Positions 34,004 to 43,070 of a DNA stretch of 64,000 nt are shown here, one piece after another. The stretch covers positions 80,743 through 144,742 of the forward strand of contig OZ219868.1 in the NCBI GenBank assembly GCA_964291495.2, given 5' to 3'. Below the pieces are notes generated by a model. The model was not told the DNA's origin, did no database searches, and saw nothing but the letters and a program-made list of their open reading frames with translations. The translations under genes were made by a program, and so were the position numbers. How positions within the stretch are numbered: position 1 is the first letter of the stretch; every line of letters begins with the position of its first letter. This stretch comes from Dehalococcoidia bacterium (GTDB lineage Bacteria; Chloroflexota; Dehalococcoidia; UBA2979).

Positions 34004-37000
34004 ATGACCACTGCCGAAGCGCCAATCGCCAGCGGCATCGAGTTCCATCCCGCCGTCGCGGCCTGGTTCCGAGGGCGCTTCGAGGCGCCGACCGACGCGC
34101 AGACGGCGGGCTGGCCGCGCATCGCGAGCGGTCGCGACACGCTGATCAGCGCTCCGACCGGCTCCGGCAAGACGCTCGCCGCCTTCCTCGCCGGCATCGA
34201 CGGCCTCGTCCGCAAGGCGGAGGCGGGCACGCTCGAGGCCGTGACGGAGATCGTCTACGTCACGCCGCTCAAGGCGCTCGGCAACGACATCCAGCGCAAC
34301 CTCGAGACGCCGCTCGAGGAGATCCGCGAGGTCGCCTCGGAACTCGGCCTCGAACCGCCGGCGATCCGCACGGCGGTGCGCAGCGGGGACACGACGCAGA
34401 GCGAGCGGCAGGCGATGGTGCGCAAGCCGCCGCACATCCTGATCACCACACCCGAGTCGCTCTACCTGATGATCACCGCCGAGCGCAGCCGCGAGAACCT
34501 GCGGCGCGTGCGCACGGTGATCGTCGACGAGATCCACGCCCTCGCACGTGACCGCCGAGGCAGCCACCTCTCGCTCACCCTCGCGCGGCTCGACCAGCTC
34601 GTCGCCGACTCCGGCGGCGAGCGGCCCGCACGCATTGGACTCTCGGCGACACAGCGTCCGATCGAGGAGATCGCGCGCTTCCTCGTCGGCGCGGACCGCC
34701 TCGACGCGGACGGCGAGCCGGACTGCGCGATCGTGGACCTCGGACACCAGCGCGACCTCGACCTCGCCGTCGAACTGCCACCGAGCGACCTCGAGGCGGT
34801 CGCGCCTGCCGAGCAGTGGGGCGAGATCTATGACCGTATCGCCGAGCTGATCGCGGAGCACCGCACGACGCTGGTCTTCGTGAACACGCGGCGGCTCTCG
34901 GAGCGCGTCGCGCACCACCTCGTGGAGCGCGTCGGCGAGGAGCACGTCGCGAGCCACCACGGCAGCCTCTCCAAGGAGCGGCGGCTGCGGCTGGAGCAGC
35001 GGCTCAAGGACGGCGAGCTGCGCGCGCTGGTCGCGACCGCCTCGCTCGAGCTGGGCATCGACATCGGCTCGATCGACCTCGTCTGCCAGATCGGATCGCC
35101 GCGCAGCATTGCCACGTTCCTGCAGCGCGTCGGGCGTTCGGGCCACGCGCTCGGCGTGCGTCCGAAGGGCCGCATCTTCCCCGGCACGCGCGACGAGCTG
35201 GTGGAGAGCGCGGCGCTCACGAGGGCGGTCCGCGCGGGCCGCCTCGACAAGATCGTGCAGCCGGTCGCGCCGCTCGACGTGCTCGCGCAGCAGATCGTCG
35301 CCGAGTGCGCCGCGCGCGAGTGGAGCGAGGACGAGCTGTTCGAGCTCGTGCGCCGCGCCGCACCGTACCGCGACCTCGCGCGCAAGGACTACGACGAGGT
35401 GCTCGCGATGCTCGCGAGCGGCGTCGGCGAGGGCGCCGGCGGCTCCAGGCCGCTGCTGCACCGAGACCGCGTGGCCGGCCTGCTGCGCGCGCGCCGCGCC
35501 TCGAGGATGGTTGCGATCCAGAACGGCGGCACGATCCCCGAGCTGGGCGACTACCGCGTCGTCGCCGAGCCGGACGAGACCGTCGTCGGCACGGTCAACG
35601 AGGACTGGGCCGTCGAGAGCATGGCCGGGGACGTCTTCCTCCTCGGCAGCACCTCCTGGCGCATCCGGCGCGTCGAGAACGGGACCGTGCGCGTCGAGGA
35701 CGCGCGCGGCGCGCCGCCGACGATTCCCTTCTGGCTCGGCGAGGGCCCCGGCCGCACGATCGAGCTGAGCGAGGAGGTCGGCCGCCTGCGCCGCGAGATC
35801 GCGGAGAGCCTCGACGATGTCGAACCGCTCGCCAACATGCTGATCGAGGAGGCCGGGGTCGACCTCTCCGGCGCGCAGCAGCTGGTCGACTACGTGCGCG
35901 CGACGCGCGACGGCCTCGGCATCGTGCCGACCGACACCGACGTTGTCTTCGAGCGCTTCTTCGACGAGTCGGGCGGCATGCAGCTCGTGGTGCACGCGCC
36001 GTTCGGGTCGAGGATCAACCGCGCCTGGGGCCTCGCGCTGCGCAAGCGCTTCTGCGTCCGCTTCGACTTCGAGCTACAGGCGGCGGCCAACGATGACGGG
36101 ATGATCCTCTCGCTGGGGCCGCAGCACAGCTTCCCCCTCGAGGAGTCGTTCGCCTACGTCACATCGAGGAACGTGGAAGAGGCGGTGCGGCAGTCCTGCT
36201 TCTACATCCCGCTCTTCCCCACGCGCTGGCGCTGGAACACCACGCGGGCGCTCGCGGTGCCGCGGCTACGCGGCGGCAAGAAGGTGCAGCCCTACCTGCA
36301 GCGCATGATTGCCGACGACCTGCTCGCCGCGACCTTCCCCGAGCAGGTCGGCTGCCAGGAGAACGTTACCGGTCCGCTCGAGATGCCCGACCACGTGCTC
36401 CTACGCCAGACGATGGACGACTGCCTGCACGAAGCGATGGACGTCGACAGCCTCGAGGCGGTGCTCGGGCGCATCGAGGCCGGCGAGATCCGGCTGCACG
36501 CGCGCGATACCACCGAACCCTCGCCGATGGCGCACGAGATCATCAACGGCAAGCCCTACACCTTCCTCGACGACGCGCCGCTCGAGGAGCGCCGCACGCG
36601 CGCCGTGATGCTGCGCCGCTCGCTGCCGCGCGAGGCGCGCGACCTCGGCGCGCTCGACGCCGACGCGATCGAGCGCGTCGCCGAGCAGGCCTGGCCGCAG
36701 CCGCGCAACGCGGACGAGACGCACGAGGCGCTGATGGGCCTCGTCGCCGTCCACGAGCAGGACGCGGCGGCGTGGGAGGGCTGGCTGCTCGACCTCGCCG
36801 CGCGGGGCCGCGCGGGCGCCCTCGTGGCGAACGGCGCGCGGCTCTGGTTCGCCGCCGAGCAGCACCCCGCGATCGCGCTGCTCTATCCGGACGCGGCCGC
36901 CGTGATCGCGCCCGTCGCCGCCGCGCTGCCCGCGGGCGTCGCCGAGTCCTGCGAGGACCGTGAGGATGCGCGCAGGCGGCTGCTGCGCGGGCACAGCGAG

Positions 37001-38383
37001 GTGCGTGGGCCGTTCACGCCCTCGGGCCTTGCTTCGCGCACAGGCCTGGAGGTCAAGGACGTCGCGCGTGGGCTCCAGCAGGTCGAGGCGAGCGGCTTCG
37101 TGCTGCGCGGGCGCTTCACGCCTGGCCGCGAGGGCGACGAGGACGAGTTCTGCGACCGCCGCCTGCTCGCGCGCATCCACCGCGAGACGCTCGACCGGCT
37201 GCGCCGCGAGATCGACCCGGTCAGCGCGCAGGACTTCATGCGCTTCCTGCTGCGCTGGCAGCACGTCGCGCCCGGCACGCAGCTCGCCGGCCGCCGCGGC
37301 GTGCGCCAGGCCGTCACCCAGCTCGGCGGTTTCGAAGCCCCCGCCGCGAGCTGGGAGCGCGATCTGCTGCGCGCGCGCGTCGAGGACTTCGGCCCCAACT
37401 GGCTCGATGAGCTGTGCCTCTCCGGCGAGATCGCCTGGGGCCGCCTCGCCCCGCCTCGCTCGGCGACGAACGGGCAGAACGGCAGCGAGGCGGCGCGCCT
37501 CTCGCGAGCGACGAAGGTGACGCCGGTCACGGTCGCCTCGAGGGGGGACCTCGCGATGCTGCTCGCGGCGGCGCGGGCGGACGGGCGGGTGCCCCGCGAA
37601 CCCGCGGCTGGGGCGGCTGCGGAGCTGCTCGCGCTGCTGCGCGAGCGTGGCGCGCTGTTCTTCGACGAGCTGGTGGGCGGCACGCGCCGCCTCGCGAGCG
37701 ATGTCGAGGAAGGCCTGCGCGAGCTGATCGCGGCCGGGCTCGTCGCCTCCGACGGCTTCCAGGGGCTACGCGACCTCACCCGCCGCTCCGCGCGGCGCGC
37801 CCGGCGCGGGCGCTACCTCGGGGCCGGGCGTTACACCGGCGGCGGACCGGCCGGCCGCTGGGCGCTGCTGCGCCCCGGCGAGGCCGACCCGGCCGAGCGC
37901 GACGAGTTCGCCGAGGAGCTGGCGCAACTCCTGCTGCGTCGCTACGGCGTCGTCTTCCGCGACGTGGTCGCCGCCGAGAGCTTCACCGTGCCCTGGCGCG
38001 ACCTGCTGCGCGCGTTGCGACGCCTCGAGGCGCGCGGCATCGTGCGCGGCGGACGCTTCGTGCGCGGCTTCGTCGGCGAGCAATTCTCGCTGCCCGAGGC
38101 GCTCGAAGCCCTTCGCGCGGTGCGCCGCAGCCCGCGCGAGGGCGAGCGCGTGCGCCTCAGCGCCGCCGACCCGCTCAACCTGACCGGCGTGATCCTCCCC
38201 GGCCCGCGCATCCCTGCGGTGCAGGACCGCAGCTTCGAGCTCGTCGACGGCGCGCTCGCCGAACCCCCGGACGAGGGCCTGCTCGCCCCGGACGCCGACC
38301 TCGCCTCGCTCGCCGAGGGCGCCCGCGCGCCCTCGCAGGCCGCGCCCACCCCGCGCCGCGCCATCCCGCGCGCCTCGCACTGA
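34004..38383 (+). CDS. lhr: Large helicase-related (Lhr) SF2 DNA helicase with extended C-terminal domain
   Basis: APTGSGKT, PLKALGNDI, ITTPESL, DEIH, GLSAT, HHGSLS, SLELGID and QRVGRSGH; C-terminal LLLRRYGVVFR...LEARG...GRFV...GEQF and SAADPLNL. ATG 34004 follows GGAG. Confidence 0.95.
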   Translation: MTTAEAPIASGIEFHPAVAAWFRGRFEAPTDAQTAGWPRIASGRDTLISAPTGSGKTLAAFLAGIDGLVRKAEAGTLEAVTEIVYVTPLKALGNDIQRNLETPLEEIREVASELGLEPPAIRTAVRSGDTTQSERQAMVRKPPHILITTPESLYLMITAERSRENLRRVRTVIVDEIHALARDRRGSHLSLTLARLDQLVADSGGERPARIGLSATQRPIEEIARFLVGADRLDADGEPDCAIVDLGHQRDLDLAVELPPSDLEAVAPAEQWGEIYDRIAELIAEHRTTLVFVNTRRLSERVAHHLVERVGEEHVASHHGSLSKERRLRLEQRLKDGELRALVATASLELGIDIGSIDLVCQIGSPRSIATFLQRVGRSGHALGVRPKGRIFPGTRDELVESAALTRAVRAGRLDKIVQPVAPLDVLAQQIVAECAAREWSEDELFELVRRAAPYRDLARKDYDEVLAMLASGVGEGAGGSRPLLHRDRVAGLLRARRASRMVAIQNGGTIPELGDYRVVAEPDETVVGTVNEDWAVESMAGDVFLLGSTSWRIRRVENGTVRVEDARGAPPTIPFWLGEGPGRTIELSEEVGRLRREIAESLDDVEPLANMLIEEAGVDLSGAQQLVDYVRATRDGLGIVPTDTDVVFERFFDESGGMQLVVHAPFGSRINRAWGLALRKRFCVRFDFELQAAANDDGMILSLGPQHSFPLEESFAYVTSRNVEEAVRQSCFYIPLFPTRWRWNTTRALAVPRLRGGKKVQPYLQRMIADDLLAATFPEQVGCQENVTGPLEMPDHVLLRQTMDDCLHEAMDVDSLEAVLGRIEAGEIRLHARDTTEPSPMAHEIINGKPYTFLDDAPLEERRTRAVMLRRSLPREARDLGALDADAIERVAEQAWPQPRNADETHEALMGLVAVHEQDAAAWEGWLLDLAARGRAGALVANGARLWFAAEQHPAIALLYPDAAAVIAPVAAALPAGVAESCEDREDARRRLLRGHSEVRGPFTPSGLASRTGLEVKDVARGLQQVEASGFVLRGRFTPGREGDEDEFCDRRLLARIHRETLDRLRREIDPVSAQDFMRFLLRWQHVAPGTQLAGRRGVRQAVTQLGGFEAPAASWERDLLRARVEDFGPNWLDELCLSGEIAWGRLAPPRSATNGQNGSEAARLSRATKVTPVTVASRGDLAMLLAAARADGRVPREPAAGAAAELLALLRERGALFFDELVGGTRRLASDVEEGLRELIAAGLVASDGFQGLRDLTRRSARRARRGRYLGAGRYTGGGPAGRWALLRPGEADPAERDEFAEELAQLLLRRYGVVFRDVVAAESFTVPWRDLLRALRRLEARGIVRGGRFVRGFVGEQFSLPEALEALRAVRRSPREGERVRLSAADPLNLTGVILPGPRIPAVQDRSFELVDGALAEPPDEGLLAPDADLASLAEGARAPSQAAPTPRRAIPRASH

Positions 38384-38453
38384 GCACAAACGCGCTAAGG
38401 TAGAAGCACGGGCGGCGCACGCCGGCGCGCCGCCGCGAGGAGCGGAGTCCCCA

Positions 38454-39275
38454 GTGCCGCGACCGATCTGGCGAGGCGCGATCAGCTTCGGGATGGTCGC
38501 CATCCCCGTGCGCCTCTTCACCGCCACCGAGAGCAAGGACGTCTCCTTCCGGCAACTGCACAGCGAGGATCACTCGCGCGTGCGGCAGCTGCGCTGGAAC
38601 CCCAACCTCGACCGCGAGGTGCCCTACGACGAGATCGTGCGCGGCTACGAGTACGCCAAGGACCGCTACGTCGTTCTCGACAACGAGGACTTCGACAAGC
38701 TGCCCCTCCCGACGAAGCACACGATCGCCATCAAGGCGTTCGTGAAGCTCGAGGAGATCGACCCCGTCTTCTACGAGCGCGCCTACTACCTGGAACCCGA
38801 CGAGACGGGCGCGAAACCGTTCGCGCTGCTGCTCAGGGCGCTGGAGGCGAAGGGCCTGACCGCGATCGCGCAGGTCGCGATCCGCAACAAGGAGCGGCTC
38901 TGCGCGCTGCGGCCGGGCGCCGAGGGCCGTGTACTCCTCGAGACGCTGTACTACCCGGACGAGCTGCGCACCGCCGCCCTCGAGCCATTCGAGGAGACCG
39001 AGGTCTCCGAGGACGAGCTGCAGATGGCGCTCACGCTGATCGAGATGCTGGAGGGCCCGTTCCAGCCCGAGGACTACCGCGACGAGTACCGCGACGCGCT
39101 GATGCAGCTGATCGAGGCCAAGCTCGAGGGCCAGGAACTCGTCGAGGCCGAGGCGCCCGAGACCGCGAAGGTCGTCGACTTGATGGCCGCGCTGCGCGCC
39201 AGCGTCGAGGCCGCCTCGCAGCGCGCCGCCACGCGCGAGGACGCCTCGGCCGCCACCCAGGCGAAGGCGAGCTAG
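38454..39275 (+). CDS. ku: Non-homologous end-joining protein Ku
   Basis: IWRGAISFGMVAIPVRLF, EIVRGYEY, IDPVFYERAYYL, LYYPDELR, YRDEY and VVDLMAALRASV. Confidence 0.96.
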   Translation: MPRPIWRGAISFGMVAIPVRLFTATESKDVSFRQLHSEDHSRVRQLRWNPNLDREVPYDEIVRGYEYAKDRYVVLDNEDFDKLPLPTKHTIAIKAFVKLEEIDPVFYERAYYLEPDETGAKPFALLLRALEAKGLTAIAQVAIRNKERLCALRPGAEGRVLLETLYYPDELRTAALEPFEETEVSEDELQMALTLIEMLEGPFQPEDYRDEYRDALMQLIEAKLEGQELVEAEAPETAKVVDLMAALRASVEAASQRAATREDASAATQAKAS

Positions 39276-39317
39276 CCCGCGTCCGCCGCCGGGCGCGCGC
39301 AGCACCGGCCCGCAGCC

Positions 39318-42071
39318 ATGCCCGCCGACAAGCCCATACGCAGCCTCGACGAGTACGAGGCGAAACGCGACTTCGCGAGGACGCCGGAGCCGCCGCCAGA
39401 GCCGCCACCAGAGCCGTCGGCAGGCGGGCCGCTCACCTTCGTCGTGCAGCAGCATCGCGCAACGCGCATGCACTACGACCTGCGCCTCGAGGTCCGCGGC
39501 GCGATGCCCTCGTGGCCGGTGCCGCGCGGGCCCTCGCTCGACCCGGCCGAGCGGCGGCTCGCGATCCAGACCGAGGACCACCCGCTCGGCTACGCCTCCT
39601 TCGAGGGCGTGATCCCGAAGGGCGAGTACGGCGCCGGCGAGGTGATCGTCTGGGACAACGGCACCTACTCCCCCGACGAGGGAGGGACGCTCTTCCACGA
39701 CCGCACCGCGGCGGAGGCGCGCGTCCTCGAGGGCATCGAGGCCGGCAAGCTCTCCGTCACCCTGCGCGGGCGCAAGCTGAAAGGCTCGTGGGCGCTCGTG
39801 CGGACCAGCGAGGAGGAGCGCAGCTGGCTCTTGATCAAGCACCGCGACGAGGCGGCCGATCCATCCCGCGAGCTGATCGCCGAGGATGCTTCCGTCATCT
39901 CCGGCCTCGCGATCGCCGACCTGCAAGCGGGCCGCCTGCCCGACCCGACTCGCCACGGCACCCCGCCCGACCTCGCCGCGCTGCCCGGCGTCGAGCGTGG
40001 CGAGCCGCCTCGCACGCTCGCGCCGATGCAGGCCGCCCTCGCGGACGGGCCGTTCGACAGCAAGGACTGGCTCTTCGAGCCGAAGCTCGACGGCATCCGC
40101 GCGCTCGCCTTCATCGAGGACGGCGCGGTCACGCTGCGATCGCGGCGCGGCCTCGATCTGACCGCGCAGTACCCCGCTCTCACGCACGCAATCGCCGCGC
40201 AGCCCGTGGCGAGCGCGATCCTCGACGGCGAGATCGCCGCGCTCGACGAGCGGGGGGCCCCTTCCTTCGAGCGTTTGCAGCAGCGCATGAACCTGGGCGG
40301 CGAGGCGGATGTCGCGCGCGCCGACGCCGAGCTGCCGGTGCTGTTCTTCCCCTTCGACCTGCTCTATCTCGACGGCTTCGACCTGCGCCGCGTGCCGCTC
40401 GCGGACCGCATCGAGGTGCTCGCGCGCGTACTGCGGCCGGGGCCGCTGCTGCAGCTCCTCCAGAGCTTCGAGGCCGACGGCCGCGCCGCCTACGAGGCCG
40501 CGGTCGGCCTCGGCTTCGAGGGCGTGATCGCGAAGCGGCGGGACGGCGCTTACCTCGACGGCCGGCGCTCACGCGAGTGGCTCAAGGTGAAGGCGCGGCG
40601 CAGCGGCGACTTCGTCGTTGGCGGCTGGCGCGAGGGCGAGGGCGGACGCGCCGGCAGCTTCGGCGCGTTGCTGCTCGGGAGCTACGACGAGGACGGCGCG
40701 CTGCGCTACGTGGGCCGGGTCGGCTCCGGCTTCGACGATCGAGCGCTCGGGGAGCTGCGCGCGCGCCTCGATGCCCTCGCCGCGGACCACGACCCGTTCG
40801 CCGACGCGCCGCCGGAGCCCGGGCGCCTGCGGTTCGTGCGACCCGAGCTCGTCGCTGAGGTGGAGTTCGCGAACTGGACCAGCGACGAGCGGCTGCGCGC
40901 GCCCGTGTTCGTGCGCCTGCGCGATGACAAGTCGCCCTCGGAGGTCCTGCGCGCGGACGCGATGGCGGCGCCGCCGCCGTCGGTTCCCGAGGCGCCCGTG
41001 GCGGATCTCGGCGGCGAGGCCGTCGTCGACGTGCTCGATCAGCTCGGCCGCGAGGGGGCGCGGATGCACCTCGGGGTTGACGGCGCTGAACTGGCCGTTA
41101 CCAACCTCGACAAGGTGCTGTGGCCGGAGACGCCGCAGCAGCGCGCGCTCACCAAGCGCGACCTGCTGCGCTACCTCGCCGAGGTCTCGCCCTGGCTGCT
41201 GCCGCACCTGCGCGACCGCCCGCTGACGCTGACCCGCTACCCGAACGGCGTCGAGGGCGGCTCCTTCTACCAGAAGCATTACGAGAACCCGCCGCCGTTC
41301 GTCGAGACGGTGACGGTGTACACGGACTCGGCGGGCGGCGATCAGCAGGCGATCCTCTGCAACAACCTGCCGACGCTGCTCTGGCTCGGCCAGCTCGCCG
41401 ACCTCGAGCTGCACGTCTCGCTCGCTCGGGTCAGTCCGCAACCGGACGGCGCGCACCTTGAGGCGAGCTTCAGCGGCTCGAAGGCGCGGATCGAGGCGTC
41501 GCTGCTCAACTACCCGGACTTCGTGCTCTTCGACCTCGATCCCTACATCTACGCCGGGACGGAGCAGGCGGGCGACGAGCCGGAGCTGAACCGCCGCGCC
41601 TTCGCGAAGACCGTCGAGGTCGCCCGAGGCCTCAAGGAGCTGCTCGACGCCGCCTCGCTGTCCTCGTTCGTGAAGACCTCCGGGGCGACGGGGCTGCACA
41701 TCCTCGTGCCGGTGCTGCGCCAGTTCGACTACGCGGCGGTGCGATCGGTGGCGGAGACGTTCGGCGGCTTCCTGCAGCGCGCGCACCCGCGCGACGTGAC
41801 GCTGGAGTGGGCCGTGGAGAAGCGAGGTGGCAAGATCTTCCTCGACGTGAACCAGAACGCGCGGATCAAGAACCTCGCGGCGGCGTTCTCACCGCGGCCC
41901 AAGCCGGGCGCGCCCGTCTCGATGCCGCTGCGCTGGGACGAGCTGGGCGAGGTCTACCCGACGGACTTCACGATCCTCACGGCGCCCGCACGGATCGCCG
42001 AGGCCGGCGACCCCTGGGCGGACATCCTCTCGCACAAGCACGACCTAGTGGCGTTGCTGGGCCCGCAGTAG
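39318..42071 (+). CDS. ligD: NHEJ DNA ligase D, phosphoesterase-ligase-polymerase (PE-LIG-POL) domain order
   Basis: PE: KRDFARTPEP, FVVQQHRATRMHYDLRLE, TEDHP. LIG: EPKLDG, LDGEI, FDLL, EGVIAK, WLKVK. POL: TNLDKV, RYPNG, FDLDP, KTSGATGLH, PVSMPLRWDEL. Confidence 0.96.
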   Translation: MPADKPIRSLDEYEAKRDFARTPEPPPEPPPEPSAGGPLTFVVQQHRATRMHYDLRLEVRGAMPSWPVPRGPSLDPAERRLAIQTEDHPLGYASFEGVIPKGEYGAGEVIVWDNGTYSPDEGGTLFHDRTAAEARVLEGIEAGKLSVTLRGRKLKGSWALVRTSEEERSWLLIKHRDEAADPSRELIAEDASVISGLAIADLQAGRLPDPTRHGTPPDLAALPGVERGEPPRTLAPMQAALADGPFDSKDWLFEPKLDGIRALAFIEDGAVTLRSRRGLDLTAQYPALTHAIAAQPVASAILDGEIAALDERGAPSFERLQQRMNLGGEADVARADAELPVLFFPFDLLYLDGFDLRRVPLADRIEVLARVLRPGPLLQLLQSFEADGRAAYEAAVGLGFEGVIAKRRDGAYLDGRRSREWLKVKARRSGDFVVGGWREGEGGRAGSFGALLLGSYDEDGALRYVGRVGSGFDDRALGELRARLDALAADHDPFADAPPEPGRLRFVRPELVAEVEFANWTSDERLRAPVFVRLRDDKSPSEVLRADAMAAPPPSVPEAPVADLGGEAVVDVLDQLGREGARMHLGVDGAELAVTNLDKVLWPETPQQRALTKRDLLRYLAEVSPWLLPHLRDRPLTLTRYPNGVEGGSFYQKHYENPPPFVETVTVYTDSAGGDQQAILCNNLPTLLWLGQLADLELHVSLARVSPQPDGAHLEASFSGSKARIEASLLNYPDFVLFDLDPYIYAGTEQAGDEPELNRRAFAKTVEVARGLKELLDAASLSSFVKTSGATGLHILVPVLRQFDYAAVRSVAETFGGFLQRAHPRDVTLEWAVEKRGGKIFLDVNQNARIKNLAAAFSPRPKPGAPVSMPLRWDELGEVYPTDFTILTAPARIAEAGDPWADILSHKHDLVALLGPQ
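39384..39416 (+). repeat. 12-bp in-frame tandem repeat encoding PEPP-PEPP-PEP in the ligD N-terminus
   Basis: CCGGAGCCGCCG CCAGAGCCGCCA CCAGAGCCG. Confidence 0.7.
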
Positions 42072-42104
42072 CGCCCTACGACGTCGGAGTGGCGATGGGC
42101 GTCA

Positions 42105-42133
42105 AGAGGCCGCCCCAGGAGGGGGCGGCCTCT
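42105..42133. terminator. GC-rich hairpin between convergent ligD and enoyl-CoA hydratase genes
   Basis: 12-bp perfect stem AGAGGCCGCCCC / GGGGCGGCCTCT with a 5-nt loop; no strong U-tract. Confidence 0.6.
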
Positions 42134-42188
42134 GTGCGTGCGCGTCCGGAGTCCGGGGCTGGTTGCTCTGGGGCTACCGACCCTGGAA

Positions 42189-43007
42189 CTATCGCCCCTG
42201 GAAGACCGGCTCGCGGCGCTCCATGAAGGACTTCATGCCCTCCTTGGAGTCCTCGGTCTGGTGCGCGACGGACCCGGCCCAGGACTCGACCTGCATCGCC
42301 TCGAGGAGCGTCGGCGCCTCGATCGCTCGCCAGATCAGCTTCTTGTCCAGCTCGAGCGTGACGGTCGGGCCGGAGGCGATCGTCTCGGCCAGCTCCATCG
42401 CGGCCGGCAGCAACTCGTCCTGCCCGTGGAGCGAGCTGACGAGGCCGATCTCCTTCGCCTCGTCGGACATCACGAAGCGGTCGGTCCAGAGCAACTCCAG
42501 GGCCTTCGAGATGCCCACGACGCGCGGCAGGTAGTAGGACATGCCCGCGTGCACGACCATCGCGCGCTTCGTGAAGATGGTGGAGAACCGAGCCGACTCG
42601 GCAGCCATGCGGATGTCGCAGGCCAGCACGAGCGCGAGGCCGGCGGCCACCGCAACGCCGTTGATGGCGGCGATGGTCGGCTTCTCGCAGTGCCCGACCT
42701 TGTGGATCGCGTAGCTGAGGACGCCACCCGGGTACTCGGTCATCTTGCGCTCGCCGAGCTTCGCCCGGTAGATCGGGCCGTCCACGGCGGCCCTGCTCAG
42801 GTCGGCGCCGGAGGAGAAGCCACGGCCCGCGCCCGTGAAGACGATGCAGCGGACCTCGTCGTCCAGCTCGGCCCGCTCGATCTCCATGATGATCTCGTAG
42901 AGCGAGCGGAAGGTGATCGGGTTCAGCTTCTCCGGGACGTTGAGGGTGATGATCTCAACGTGCCCCTTCTTCTCGACGCTAATCTCTTCGTACGCTTCCT
43001 CGGCCAT
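42189..43007 (-). CDS. Enoyl-CoA hydratase/isomerase family protein
   Basis: ITLNVPEKLNP, FTGAGRGFSSGADL, KPTIAAING, ACDIR and EGMKSFMERREPVF; ATG 43007 follows GGGGAG. Confidence 0.92.
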   Translation of the reverse strand: MAEEAYEEISVEKKGHVEIITLNVPEKLNPITFRSLYEIIMEIERAELDDEVRCIVFTGAGRGFSSGADLSRAAVDGPIYRAKLGERKMTEYPGGVLSYAIHKVGHCEKPTIAAINGVAVAAGLALVLACDIRMAAESARFSTIFTKRAMVVHAGMSYYLPRVVGISKALELLWTDRFVMSDEAKEIGLVSSLHGQDELLPAAMELAETIASGPTVTLELDKKLIWRAIEAPTLLEAMQVESWAGSVAHQTEDSKEGMKSFMERREPVFQGR

Positions 43008-43070
43008 CGGCTCTCCCCCACTACGTTCTGGTGGCGTGATGCATCTGCCGGGACGCTCCCGGCGCCGCAA

